Source of the DNA: an uncultured Candidatus Saccharibacteria bacterium | Lineage (GTDB): Bacteria; Patescibacteriota; UBA1384; JAMDBS01; DAOVQR01 | DNA: 64,000 nucleotides | NCBI GenBank assembly: GCA_964481135.1 | Contig: CAYZSW010000001.1 | Span: 7,963-71,962 of the forward strand | Reading direction: 5' to 3' | Part shown: piece after piece, positions 39,928 to 49,325 of the stretch | Layout: each line of letters opens with the position of its first letter | Numbering within the stretch: position 1 is the stretch's first letter | Translations under genes and position numbers: made by a program | The notes under the pieces: model-generated | Databases searched by the model: none | The model's input: the letters and a program-made list of their open reading frames with translations, nothing else | Told to the model about the DNA's origin: nothing

Positions 39928-39960
39928 AAAAAACTGCCCTAAGTTCTAAGGCAGTTTTTT
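39928..39960. terminator. Bidirectional terminator
   Basis: aaaaactgcc ... ggcagttttt between convergent genes. Confidence 0.75.
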
Positions 39961-40031
39961 ATTTTCATTTAGGTAGATTCAAGAATAATTGGGTTTGGCT
40001 TCATTCTCCCTCCGTTAAATAATTGATTAGG

Positions 40032-42230
40032 TTATTTTTTCTCCCAAATATCTTTTCTAAATATTAAGTATGCAAATCCGCCAGTCAATAAAATCGCAAG
40101 TAAAATATTAAACCAAAGCGCTGACCCCGTAGAAACTAAAGTACCTAAGCTAGAGCCATCTTTAATGCTTGTTGTAATTGAACAAGATTCTGTTGATACT
40201 TTTACTTCATCAGACTTCATAGATTTTTCACCTGCAGCATTATGAGCAATCACATAATAGCAGATTTCTACATCACAATTTAAACCAGTAAATACATAAC
40301 CGGTATCAGATGTTGATGTAATATATTTTCCAGTACAATCGAAAATATCATATCCTACGGCACCATCTACAGCATCCCATGTTAAAGTAGCCATACCTCC
40401 ACCGTTATAAACAAGCTCAATGTTTTCAGGTTTTTTGTCAGAAATATCCTGACCAGTTGAACACTTACCAGTGTTAACACTGGCTGTATTGCTAGGATTA
40501 GATTCCAATTCCTCATAACCAGCTGTTACATAATAACCGTAATTTGTTTCACAATTAAGTCCATCGATTACAAAACTCAAAGTATTCATATCAACTTGTG
40601 CTATCAACACTCCGCTTTCCGCGTTATAAATTCTATAATAACCAACACTGCTTCCTTCTAGTTTGTTCCATGCCAATTTTATTGAACTATTGGAAATCGG
40701 GGTGGCGGTTAGATTAATAGGTGATGGAGGGGGTGTCGGTGATACAGTTGGACTGGCCGTTGGACTAGATGTTGGGGTTAAAGTTGGAGAAGGTGTTGGG
40801 GTTATGCCACAATAAGTTTGCATACATTCTGTTCCATCTCCATATTGCGTACAATCAATTCTATATGCCCATTTAAAATAAACTGGTCCACCTGGAGTAT
40901 CAGTAGTCGCATCACACCCATAAACCTTTGTTCCTTCACATTTAAATTGACCTGATTCACATTCTGAGGGTGGAGTAACTGTTGGTGTCGGTGTTGGTGA
41001 CGAAGTTGGTGTCTCTGCTGGACAATTTAAATTTTGTGCTATCATTTCATTTGAATCGGCATATCTACCAGCACCAGTAGAGTTAACATATTTTGTCTGA
41101 ATTTTATAGGAAACATTATCATAACTTGGATAAAATTCTTCATGGGTTAGTGTAGATTCTTTATAAATAGTTGAATTGGTCGCAGACCACTGATTATTAG
41201 TTACAGATGATTTTACATAAGGCTGATAATAGTAAAAAGTGTATCCAGAGTAAGGAGTACCTTTTTGCCAACTGAGAGTATTTCTTTGTCTTCCAACTGT
41301 TGGATATCCACTAACACAAGTGGATTGAATTTTATTTAGAACAGGACTTTCATTGGCAGGAGTAGGAACTGGCGTAACACTTCCACATGAATTAGCGTAA
41401 GTTTCATAACTTCTATATGTTTTTCCATCGGCTTTATTTTTTACATATACTCGATAAGTGTAATTTGTAGATCCATCACTAAATGTATCTGTATGAGAAC
41501 ATTGTCCAGAAGAATTACATGGCCAAGTGGAAGTAATCGGTCTTTGATTAATTTGTGGACTACCAAGTGTAAATGTGCCACTCCCTGTTCTTCTCTGAAC
41601 TGTTACCCATTCGTATTTATCCCAAGGATTTGATCCTAAATTCCAAGTAAGTTGATTAGTTTTATTATTACAATTTTGATTTAAATTTAATGTAAAAGCA
41701 TTTATACATACATTTGGGTCAGTTGATGAAGTTGTACAGGTTGTACTTGGAGTTGTAGTAGGAGCGGGAGAAGTTGTAGGACTAACAGAACAAGATGCGA
41801 CCTGAACTGGACCATGTCTTTGACCTCCAGTACAATTACATTGAGCTGAAAAACTTCTTGAAAGAGAGTCTGCTGGTCCCCAGACACATTGTTGATCTCT
41901 TAATAAATTTTGGCATTGACTAATAGTTGACCATTCTGCGGAATTACCTAAACGAGTATAATAAGTACACTTACAGGCAGAAATCCCAATACCGGGGTTA
42001 ACTCTTAATGTGTCTGTTTGCATTCCGTTTGCACAAGTCGTTACAGCAGTCAAATTATTATTAGTAACAGTTCTAGTGGTACTCGCCCATAAACTAATTT
42101 TTCCTGTTTGATTGGCCCAAACTAGCGTTGCAAGTGAAAGAAAAAATATTCCTAAAACTATTACTAAGTAAGTCTTGCTCTTTTTAGTAGCAAATAATGG
42201 CTGATGCCAAATTGATTTTTTTTCTGACAT
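40032..42230 (-). CDS. Large Cys- and P/T-rich surface protein with FN3-like domains and LVSTG sorting signal
   Basis: N-terminal TM, many Cys, TPTP linkers, P.NLTA...I.LAW...Y.IY...GL...Y.Y.V.A (FN3), C-terminal LVSTG-TM-KK. Confidence 0.82.
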   Translation of the reverse strand: MSEKKSIWHQPLFATKKSKTYLVIVLGIFFLSLATLVWANQTGKISLWASTTRTVTNNNLTAVTTCANGMQTDTLRVNPGIGISACKCTYYTRLGNSAEWSTISQCQNLLRDQQCVWGPADSLSRSFSAQCNCTGGQRHGPVQVASCSVSPTTSPAPTTTPSTTCTTSSTDPNVCINAFTLNLNQNCNNKTNQLTWNLGSNPWDKYEWVTVQRRTGSGTFTLGSPQINQRPITSTWPCNSSGQCSHTDTFSDGSTNYTYRVYVKNKADGKTYRSYETYANSCGSVTPVPTPANESPVLNKIQSTCVSGYPTVGRQRNTLSWQKGTPYSGYTFYYYQPYVKSSVTNNQWSATNSTIYKESTLTHEEFYPSYDNVSYKIQTKYVNSTGAGRYADSNEMIAQNLNCPAETPTSSPTPTPTVTPPSECESGQFKCEGTKVYGCDATTDTPGGPVYFKWAYRIDCTQYGDGTECMQTYCGITPTPSPTLTPTSSPTASPTVSPTPPPSPINLTATPISNSSIKLAWNKLEGSSVGYYRIYNAESGVLIAQVDMNTLSFVIDGLNCETNYGYYVTAGYEELESNPSNTASVNTGKCSTGQDISDKKPENIELVYNGGGMATLTWDAVDGAVGYDIFDCTGKYITSTSDTGYVFTGLNCDVEICYYVIAHNAAGEKSMKSDEVKVSTESCSITTSIKDGSSLGTLVSTGSALWFNILLAILLTGGFAYLIFRKDIWEKK

Positions 42231-42250
42231 TTTATCCCTCCCTATTGATA

Positions 42251-42730
42251 GAAGCAGAATTACGCAGATAGTGACGCAGAAGTACGCGGAACTTTACTGC
42301 GAGCTTTATCATAAACTCTGCGTATTATTTCTAACTTTTCCGCTCCAAAATTTATTAATAATCCTAATTTATATTTTGAACCTTTTAAATATAACCAAAA
42401 TTGTCGCTTATCTTCTTTAGTTATAAATGGTTTGCATTTAAGTTCTAAAAGAATTTTATCATTTATTATTTTATCTGGTTGATATATTCCAACCTTTTTA
42501 TTATTGAAATAAATATTAATTTTTACTTGATTTTTTACTTTAAGATTTTTGTTTTCTAGAGCAATAGTTAATGCCCTGTCAACAATTTTTTCTTTAAATG
42601 CTCCACCAAAGCATTTCCATACTTCAAAACATGCTCCTCTGACCTTGTAAGTTATATCTTTATAAAGTAATTTGTCTTGATTCATATGCTTCTGCATTAT
42701 TCTGCGTAATTATCTGCGTTTATCGGCTTC
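42251..42730. mobile_element. Hairpin cassette with ACGCAGA/TCTGCGT arms enclosing a GxxExxY gene
   Basis: gaagcagaattacgcagatagtgacgcagaagtacgcgga (42251-42290) versus ttctgcattattctgcgtaattatctgcgtttatcggcttc (42690-42730). Confidence 0.75.
42260..42685 (-). CDS. GxxExxY protein (PD-(D/E)XK fold)
   Basis: ITYKVRGACFEV..GGAFKEKIV, PDKIINDKILLELK, YLK..YKLGLLINFG. The C-terminal VPRTSASLSA comes from the repeat arm. Confidence 0.9.
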   Translation of the reverse strand: MNQDKLLYKDITYKVRGACFEVWKCFGGAFKEKIVDRALTIALENKNLKVKNQVKINIYFNNKKVGIYQPDKIINDKILLELKCKPFITKEDKRQFWLYLKGSKYKLGLLINFGAEKLEIIRRVYDKARSKVPRTSASLSA

Positions 42731-42775
42731 TACAATTTATTAAATCAAAAATATTAATATTTCACAAGTGGATAA

Positions 42776-43876
42776 CTATTTATTTTTTTTCCAAATATCA
42801 TCTCTAAACATTAAATAACCTATAGCCGAGGCCAGTAAAACTGCAAGTATAAGATTAAACCATAAAGAAGAACCTGTAGAAACTAGGGTTTTTAAATTAT
42901 TTAAACCAATCTCGCCTGAACTTATAGCATTAATATCGTCTTCGTTGTTGCTTTGATTCACACTAGTAATAACCTTTCCACCTGCCATATAAGTTCCGTC
43001 ATCTAAAAAACTATCATCCGACGAACCTTCTTTGCTCGTTTCAAAACCTAAATTATCCATAACCTTGTAATTAACTCTAATATCACAACCATTTAAAAAT
43101 GGAGTTAACCTGTTCGGAGAAAGGGTTTGTCCTAGCATGATTCCATCAAAATAATCTATTGGAGTAAATTCAATCACCGAATATGCTCCGGGCTGATTAG
43201 TACCTGCGTAATAAATATCACCATATTGTTGACAGTGTGCGTCGAGATCTAAATCTGGAATTTGATCAAAATCAAAACCTCTAGGTTTATTTTGAATTAC
43301 TCCATAATATGTATCGTATCTACCAGCATTATCTTGTTTATCCCCTTCTTTAGGAGTTGGAGCGTTGTGATAATTTACATCTGGCAAACGCCGATTCCCG
43401 ATTTTTGTTTTTATATTTTTAAAGTTTTTTGGATCATAAAAGTTTGGACTAATTCCTGCAAATATAAAATTCGGCAAGACATCAAGAGATGCGTTAATAT
43501 AATCCCATTTTCCGTTTTGTATACATTTTAAATATGGCGCCTTATAAACTAAATCCCCATCTATTTGGTGATAATCGAAATCTCCCATAGTGTAAGTAAC
43601 GGTATATGGTTGATTTTTTTCTAAATAAACAATTTCAGGTATTTCGACTACATCTTTTGCTAAATCAAAAAAACATTTTTCTGTAATCTTTTTGTTGTCT
43701 ACTATCATCTTTCCACTAATACATAAAGTACCTGGTGATTTATTTAAGCTAGCACTAATTTGTAGCAAATTTTTATGATTTAAATAAATTAAAACTGCAA
43801 AAAAAATTAATATTATTGATATCAAAACAAAACTAATAGTTTTAATTTTTTTATTTATTGGATTACTCACAATCAA
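42776..43876 (-). CDS. Surface protein with LVSTG sorting signal
   Basis: N-terminal TM; C-terminus KTLVSTGSSLWFNLILAVLLASAIGYLMFRDDIWKKNK. Confidence 0.78.
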   Translation of the reverse strand: MIVSNPINKKIKTISFVLISIILIFFAVLIYLNHKNLLQISASLNKSPGTLCISGKMIVDNKKITEKCFFDLAKDVVEIPEIVYLEKNQPYTVTYTMGDFDYHQIDGDLVYKAPYLKCIQNGKWDYINASLDVLPNFIFAGISPNFYDPKNFKNIKTKIGNRRLPDVNYHNAPTPKEGDKQDNAGRYDTYYGVIQNKPRGFDFDQIPDLDLDAHCQQYGDIYYAGTNQPGAYSVIEFTPIDYFDGIMLGQTLSPNRLTPFLNGCDIRVNYKVMDNLGFETSKEGSSDDSFLDDGTYMAGGKVITSVNQSNNEDDINAISSGEIGLNNLKTLVSTGSSLWFNLILAVLLASAIGYLMFRDDIWKKNK

Positions 43877-43915
43877 TCCTCCTGAATTATAAACCTCAAA
43901 ATAATTATTATATTA

Positions 43916-44494
43916 TTACTTTTTTCTTTTTTTCCAAATATCTTCTCTAAACATCAAATAGCCAATTGCCAGAGCAAGTAACACCGCAAGTACAAGATTA
44001 AACCACAAAGATGCGCCTGTAGAAATTAAAACAGCTGGATTTTTATGATAATCTGTTGGAAAATACAACTCTTCGTTTTCTAAATCCATTGGATCTGAGT
44101 ATATGGTTGGATAAGATATTGGGGAAATCTGTAGACAACAACAAGATTTACCCGCACCAAGAATTTGATCGTCTAAATAGCAATCTTCTGTTTGCCCAAT
44201 AGATATTTCCCCTTCTAGACAAATTTGCGGATCTTCTATAATTGGGTATTCTCTGCAAATTCCTGTTTCGTATCCCCTACTTAGACATTTTTCTTGACAA
44301 GTGTCGATAATAACAGTTGGCTGTGGAACTGGTGGGCTTGGGGTTGGAGTTTCCATAATAGGCACATACACATCAGCGGCAATTTTTAACTTTTGATTTG
44401 ACCCATACCAAATAATTACAGCTAAAAAAATTAAAAAAACACCTATTATAAAAAGCCAGGTCGTTTTAGTGTTATTTGAAAGTTTATTTTTCAA
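43916..44494 (-). CDS. Cys-rich surface protein with LISTG sorting signal
   Basis: N-terminal TM, C..KC...G...GIC...C...C...CCC module, C-terminal LISTG-TM-KKRKK. Confidence 0.78.
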   Translation of the reverse strand: MKNKLSNNTKTTWLFIIGVFLIFLAVIIWYGSNQKLKIAADVYVPIMETPTPSPPVPQPTVIIDTCQEKCLSRGYETGICREYPIIEDPQICLEGEISIGQTEDCYLDDQILGAGKSCCCLQISPISYPTIYSDPMDLENEELYFPTDYHKNPAVLISTGASLWFNLVLAVLLALAIGYLMFREDIWKKRKK

Positions 44495-44787
44495 TTTTCC
44501 CCTCCCAGGTAGTAGAAATTTGATCGCTTTCTTAAAAATTTTCTATTCCTAATATTAATATTATAATATATTTATTCTTTGATGTTTTAATTTTATTATC
44601 AGATGCCAGAAAGCTTAAATTTTTATCAAATTTTCACTATCTGGCTCCGCTTGATCAATAATTGATACCATTTATATTATCTGATATTATTAATTTGATG
44701 TCAAATATATTATTATCAAAGTTTTATTTATTTTTGTAAAAAATTTATGCTAGCAAATATTAAATATTGTATTAATGCGGAGGAATT

Positions 44788-45309
44788 ATGAAATATCAAG
44801 AACATCGGGTAGGCATTTTTATTGATGTGCAAAATGTTTTTTATTCTGCAAAAAACTTATACGGTGCGTATCCTGATTATGGAAAAATATTAAATAAAGT
44901 TGTTGAAGGTAGAAAGCTGATTTGTGCATTTGCTTATGCCGTAAGAGCATATTTGCCAAAACAAGAAGATTTTTTTTCAGCACTAGAAAGTGTTGGATTT
45001 GAGGTCAAAACCAAAGATTTGCAGGTTTTCCCGGGTGGTATTAAAAAAGGAAATTGGGATGTTGGAATTGCAGTTGACATACTCCGTTTTTCTAAAAGAG
45101 TTGATGCAATAATTTTAGTTTCAGGTGATGGTGATTTCGCAGATCTTTTAAATTTTTTAAAACACGAGGGAGTTAAAACAGAAGTTGCTGCTTTTGGTAA
45201 AACATGTAGCGCAAAATTAAAAGAAGAAGCAGATGAATTTTTAGATTTAGACGAAAATCCAAAAAATTATTTAATAAAAAAATATTCAAAGTATAAATTT
45301 AAAAAATAA
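44788..45309 (+). CDS. NYN domain protein (LabA/DUF88)
   Basis: IFIDVQN, KGNWDVGIAVD, LVSGDGDF, L.EEADEF. Confidence 0.92.
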   Translation: MKYQEHRVGIFIDVQNVFYSAKNLYGAYPDYGKILNKVVEGRKLICAFAYAVRAYLPKQEDFFSALESVGFEVKTKDLQVFPGGIKKGNWDVGIAVDILRFSKRVDAIILVSGDGDFADLLNFLKHEGVKTEVAAFGKTCSAKLKEEADEFLDLDENPKNYLIKKYSKYKFKK

Positions 45310-45325
45310 ATTATTTTTGTCAAAT

Positions 45326-45360
45326 TAAAAAACGCTTTAGTTAAATATAAGCGTTTTTTA
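45326..45360. terminator. Bidirectional terminator
   Basis: aaaaaacgctt ... aagcgtttttt between convergent genes. Confidence 0.75.
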
Positions 45361-45369
45361 ATTTTAGAT

Positions 45370-45795
45370 TTATCTAGTTACTGAAATTGTAACGCCTAAT
45401 TCTGCTCCGGGAGCGTTTACAGTAAGACGACCATTACCGTCTTGACAGACAGTATAGTCGGTTCCACTTGGATCAGATGGCATCGAAGAAACATAAGTTG
45501 GCACTGTGGCATTTGACATATTTGCTGCGGCAGTTGTTGCAGGACAAGTAGCTATAGCATTGCCCGCATTGTCAGTTGGCAAGTTACCATTATTGTCAAC
45601 AGCATTTTGATGAATAGCATTTAAAATAGTATTTGTGTCATTGCTGCGTTGAGAATTTCTTGATTGAGCAAATTGTCTTGCTGGATTAACTGCAATTAAA
45701 ACTATTACAGCTAATATTGCAATAATTCCAATTACAACTAAAAGTTCGATTAGTGTGAACCCTTTTGTTTGAACAAAAGACAGATTTTTTTTCAT
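45370..45795 (-). CDS. Type IV pilin (probable major pilin)
   Basis: KG|FTLIELLVVIGIIAIL, NP..Q...RN.QR.ND, Cys pair, P.DP; start at 45795 with AGGAGG SD. Confidence 0.9.
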   Translation of the reverse strand: MKKNLSFVQTKGFTLIELLVVIGIIAILAVIVLIAVNPARQFAQSRNSQRSNDTNTILNAIHQNAVDNNGNLPTDNAGNAIATCPATTAAANMSNATVPTYVSSMPSDPSGTDYTVCQDGNGRLTVNAPGAELGVTISVTR

Positions 45796-45849
45796 TTTCC
45801 CTCCTAAATACGCAAATCGTATAACACGAAAATGCATAAATTATTTTTA

Positions 45850-46059
45850 CTATTGTTTATCTAATTTTAATTTTACTTCATCTAATCCTTTTATGTCAAT
45901 GAAAGAATCTGAGCCGATGTTTTCTGGCGCTTTATTATATTTACTAACAAACATACTTAAAGAATATAAAAAATACATAAAAATAAAAAGTCCCGATAAT
46001 ATTGTTATTACCAAAATTAATTTTACCTTTCGCTGATCTTTATCTGAATTATCAATCAA
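45850..46059 (-). CDS. Small single-TM protein in the pil operon
   Basis: Overlaps the stop of the PilO-like gene; one TM segment. Confidence 0.55.
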   Translation of the reverse strand: MIDNSDKDQRKVKLILVITILSGLFIFMYFLYSLSMFVSKYNKAPENIGSDSFIDIKGLDEVKLKLDKQ

Positions 46060-46582
46060 AATATACCTCCGTTAAAATCTCCGCTTTGACATTATCTTTT
46101 ATATTACCCGAATCGCTAATTTTTATTGCCTTTATCGTAACTAGAATATTTCTGTGATTAGATAAATTATTAATGAAACTCATAACATTTTCGGTATAAC
46201 CAGAAACAGTAAACCTAGCAGTAATTTTGTGACCTGAAATCTCGGATTCAAATTTTGTTGATAAATCAACTTTGTTATCTTTCGCCATAGCTTCGATTCT
46301 TGAAATAATATTTATTGCTTCATCCTGATTTGGCAATAATTGATTAATATATTCCACATCGTTAGATATTTCTTGATAATCTTTTTGAAGTTTGTCTAAG
46401 TTTGCTATTCTGTCCCTAAGGGCAATTTCTTGTTTTTGTTTTTCTTTATAATTTTCTATCTGCTGATTAACCATTAAATTTCCTTGCATAAGAAGAAGGG
46501 TTGTAATTAATATAAAGAACACTAACAATAAAATTGATTGGCTGAATTTGATTGAAATTTTTTTGAATTTGTATTTTGGCAT
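46052..46582 (-). CDS. PilO-like alignment protein
   Basis: TM, coiled coil, LLP motif and ferredoxin-like C-terminus; follows pilMN. Confidence 0.7.
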   Translation of the reverse strand: MPKYKFKKISIKFSQSILLLVFFILITTLLLMQGNLMVNQQIENYKEKQKQEIALRDRIANLDKLQKDYQEISNDVEYINQLLPNQDEAINIISRIEAMAKDNKVDLSTKFESEISGHKITARFTVSGYTENVMSFINNLSNHRNILVTIKAIKISDSGNIKDNVKAEILTEVYFD

Positions 46583-46609
46583 AAGTATTAATAATTATTT
46601 TTATAAAAA

Positions 46610-48001
46610 CTATTTTAATGTTGTGGATAACTCAAAATCTACATCCTCATTTTTTTCTAAAGCAGTGATGGGTAAATTAATTTGGTTCATGAAATTTAAT
46701 TTGTTTAAATTATCTTTGAAAATAATTAGATCATTTCTACTTTTAGCGACACCTTTAATTTTTACATTTTTGTTACTTTCAATATTTATTTCTTTTAATG
46801 AAATATTTGAATCTGCGGAATCCATAATTTCTTCAATAAAATTTGGGTTGAGTGAATTTTCTAAAGGAATTGATTTGATTGTTGCAATTTTTGAATTAAA
46901 TTTTTTTATTTGCGCCTCAAGCTCTTCTTGTTTTGAACTGGTCTCAATATTTTGCAATTGAGCATATTCTTTACTTAAATTTAAATTATCGTAATAAATT
47001 TTTCCCCAGATAAACACATACGACAAAGCCAAAAAAATTACAAACAATATAAAATAATTTACAATACTAGAAAGTTTATAATTAATATTTTCATTTTTTG
47101 CATTTTCGCGAACTTCTGTTGGAGATAAACTAAGGTCTTCTAGCGAGAGGTTGAGTCCTAGATTGTCTATATAAGAAATATATTCCTGTTTAATATTTCT
47201 AATAATTTTAATATCGCTAGAATCACCTATCTTAATATTTTTTCCAATAGTGCTAATAATTTTTTGTTCAATATCAGAAAGATTTGGCGGACCAAAAATT
47301 AAAATTTGTGCAATATCTTCATTAAGATATTTTTTATTGTAATAATTAACTGTTTCTCCTATTATTCTCTCTAATCCTTTATAATTTGAGTCAATATAGC
47401 GTGATGTACTAAAATGAACATCTTTATTTTTTGCAATAACTATTGAAATATTGTTTGTTCTTGATAAATCAACTATTGCTATCAATTTATCTGAACTAGA
47501 CAGCAAACCAGCAAGTCCAGCAGAAGGGAAGGTAATAACCAAAGGTTTACATTTAGCTAAAACCAATGATTCAAAAAAACTATCTACAATCTTTTTTTCA
47601 CAAGCTGCGATAAGAACTATTAGTGCATTAGCTTTAGTGCCAATTATTTTCCAGTTGAAATATACTTCTTGAAGTTTAAAAGGAATTACTGATTCAATTT
47701 GATAAGTAATGGCAGAATCTACCTTGCTTACAGGCATCTTTGGAATCTCAATTGTTTTCAAAAAAACTTTTTCTTCTGGCAGTGCAGCAATAACTTCTGA
47801 TTGAGTGATTTTTTTAGGTTTAGCTTTTGATTTTAATTCAACAATAAGATCAGAAAAAATTTTAATTCTTTCGATTTTTCCTGCATTAACAACCCCTGCC
47901 GGTATATTGGCAGAAGCCACAGAATCAATATTTTTGCCAGTAATTTTACACAAACGAATCACATTGTTTGAATATGTTAGTGTAAAAAAATTGCGTTTCA
48001 T
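46610..48001 (-). CDS. PilM-PilN fusion protein
   Basis: Actin-like PilM part (IP.GVV..G.I, ALPEEKVF.K..E.P, IPF....YF.W, IVDL), then TM, coiled coil and PilN-like I.L..I....I.G.A. Confidence 0.75.
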   Translation of the reverse strand: MKRNFFTLTYSNNVIRLCKITGKNIDSVASANIPAGVVNAGKIERIKIFSDLIVELKSKAKPKKITQSEVIAALPEEKVFLKTIEIPKMPVSKVDSAITYQIESVIPFKLQEVYFNWKIIGTKANALIVLIAACEKKIVDSFFESLVLAKCKPLVITFPSAGLAGLLSSSDKLIAIVDLSRTNNISIVIAKNKDVHFSTSRYIDSNYKGLERIIGETVNYYNKKYLNEDIAQILIFGPPNLSDIEQKIISTIGKNIKIGDSSDIKIIRNIKQEYISYIDNLGLNLSLEDLSLSPTEVRENAKNENINYKLSSIVNYFILFVIFLALSYVFIWGKIYYDNLNLSKEYAQLQNIETSSKQEELEAQIKKFNSKIATIKSIPLENSLNPNFIEEIMDSADSNISLKEINIESNKNVKIKGVAKSRNDLIIFKDNLNKLNFMNQINLPITALEKNEDVDFELSTTLK

Positions 48002-48020
48002 TGTCGGATGCCCCTCCCTG

Positions 48021-48134
48021 CACAGAACTACACAAATATGAACACGGATTATACACTAAAATTGATAGTTTCATCACAAGAGCAACTAATCAGTGTATTA
48101 TTTTGTGTTCCCGCCTGTGTGAATTTTGTGTGTT
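48021..48134. repeat. Empty ACACA/TGTGT hairpin cassette
   Basis: cacagaactacacaaatatgaacacggattatacact ... agtgtattattttgtgttcccgcctgtgtgaattttgtgtgtt. Confidence 0.85.
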
Positions 48135-48596
48135 CTAATATATTTCTTCGATATTATTAATAATCAGAATTCCGCTTGCATTAAAAGTAGCTAAAGCTTC
48201 AACTTTACAGATGTATCTATTGTTATTAACACGGCTTACAATGTTTATGTTTTTTGGGTTATCCCCAGTTATATCTATTATAACACTTCCGTCATCAAAA
48301 ATTAAGTTTGTGCCAGCAAAAGATGGATCCCGCATAATTCTCAAAATGGATTCATCTATTGCTGATATTGCATTGTTGTAGGCCTCGTCAGATTTTTTTA
48401 AATTAAAACTCATATCAGTATCAATTAAAACATTTTGTAAAACAACAGTTACTGCCAACAAAGCAACGGCTAAAATTACCATAACAGCTACCATGGCAGA
48501 ACCCTTTTCACATACAGAACCACACAAAAATGAACACATATTTACACTCTTCTTATGTAACTTTAATTTATTTATTGATGGTAATTGATGTGTCAT
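48135..48596 (-). CDS. Minor pilin (PilX-like); start uncertain because it lies inside the repeat cassette
   Basis: KG|SAMVAVMVILAVALL prepilin-like site, A...A..AI.E...R; the leader is encoded by the repeat arm. Confidence 0.7.
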   Translation of the reverse strand: MTHQLPSINKLKLHKKSVNMCSFLCGSVCEKGSAMVAVMVILAVALLAVTVVLQNVLIDTDMSFNLKKSDEAYNNAISAIDESILRIMRDPSFAGTNLIFDDGSVIIDITGDNPKNINIVSRVNNNRYICKVEALATFNASGILIINNIEEIY

Positions 48597-48626
48597 TTTG
48601 TGTTCCTATTTGTGTTGATTTGTGTT
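48508..48626. repeat. Empty ACACA/TGTGT hairpin cassette
   Basis: catacagaaccacacaaaaatgaacacatatttacact ... tgtgtcattttgtgttcctatttgtgttgatttgtgtt. Confidence 0.85.
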
Positions 48627-49119
48627 ACTTAAGGTAGTATGTTGTTTCAAATTCCTGCGAAATATCACGCTTACCCTCAACCTCTCCAATAAAATTAATA
48701 TTTATTTTAATTTGTATACTAGGCCTGCCTCCGACATTGGCAATTTTACGAAATTCTAAACTTTCTACTTTAACTTGGTTTGAGGTAACATTATCAAAAT
48801 CACCGCTTTCTGATCGAATTAATGTACCCGATATCAAACCATAACTCACATCTCCAGCTATTAAATTATTTGTTGGGTTGTTATCGTTTGGCACATCGAC
48901 ACTACTTGCATTTTGCAAATCACGAATAATTAACTCTGTGACAAACCTACCATTTTTTTGAATTTCAAGTCGTGCAGTTTCTTCTTGAGAAAAATAACTG
49001 GCAGTAATTAATAAGTTTGTAATTATTAAAAGAATTATCGATAAAAGCCCCATATATATAATGGTTTCTATGAGGGTGAAACCACCTTCAAATTTTTTTC
49101 CACTTTTATATTTTTTCAT
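48625..49119 (-). CDS. Minor pilin (PilW-like)
   Basis: GG|FTLIETIIYMGLLSII prepilin motif. Confidence 0.82.
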   Translation of the reverse strand: MKKYKSGKKFEGGFTLIETIIYMGLLSIILLIITNLLITASYFSQEETARLEIQKNGRFVTELIIRDLQNASSVDVPNDNNPTNNLIAGDVSYGLISGTLIRSESGDFDNVTSNQVKVESLEFRKIANVGGRPSIQIKININFIGEVEGKRDISQEFETTYYLK

Positions 49120-49129
49120 AATTAAATAA

Positions 49130-49320
49130 AATTTCTAATTTTTCTAATTGATCTAATTATTCTAAACAAATACCAAACTATAATTTCTAATGTCTAAATG
49201 TATTTTCTCTTTTTTGTTATTGGTGTTTGGGTCATTTTTTAGGTTAATTACCTGCCCGCCATTAGCTATCGCTTCAAGCGATTAGCAGGCGGGGAAATTA
49301 GGTTAATTAGGTTAATTTCT
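49130..49320. repeat. CTAATT/AATTAG hairpin cassette with nested CCTGCCCGCC..GCAGGCGGG palindrome (49251-49293)
   Basis: ttctaatttttctaattgatctaattattctaaac ... ttaggttaatta[insert]gaaattaggttaattaggttaattt. Confidence 0.82.
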
Positions 49321-49325
49321 ACTCG

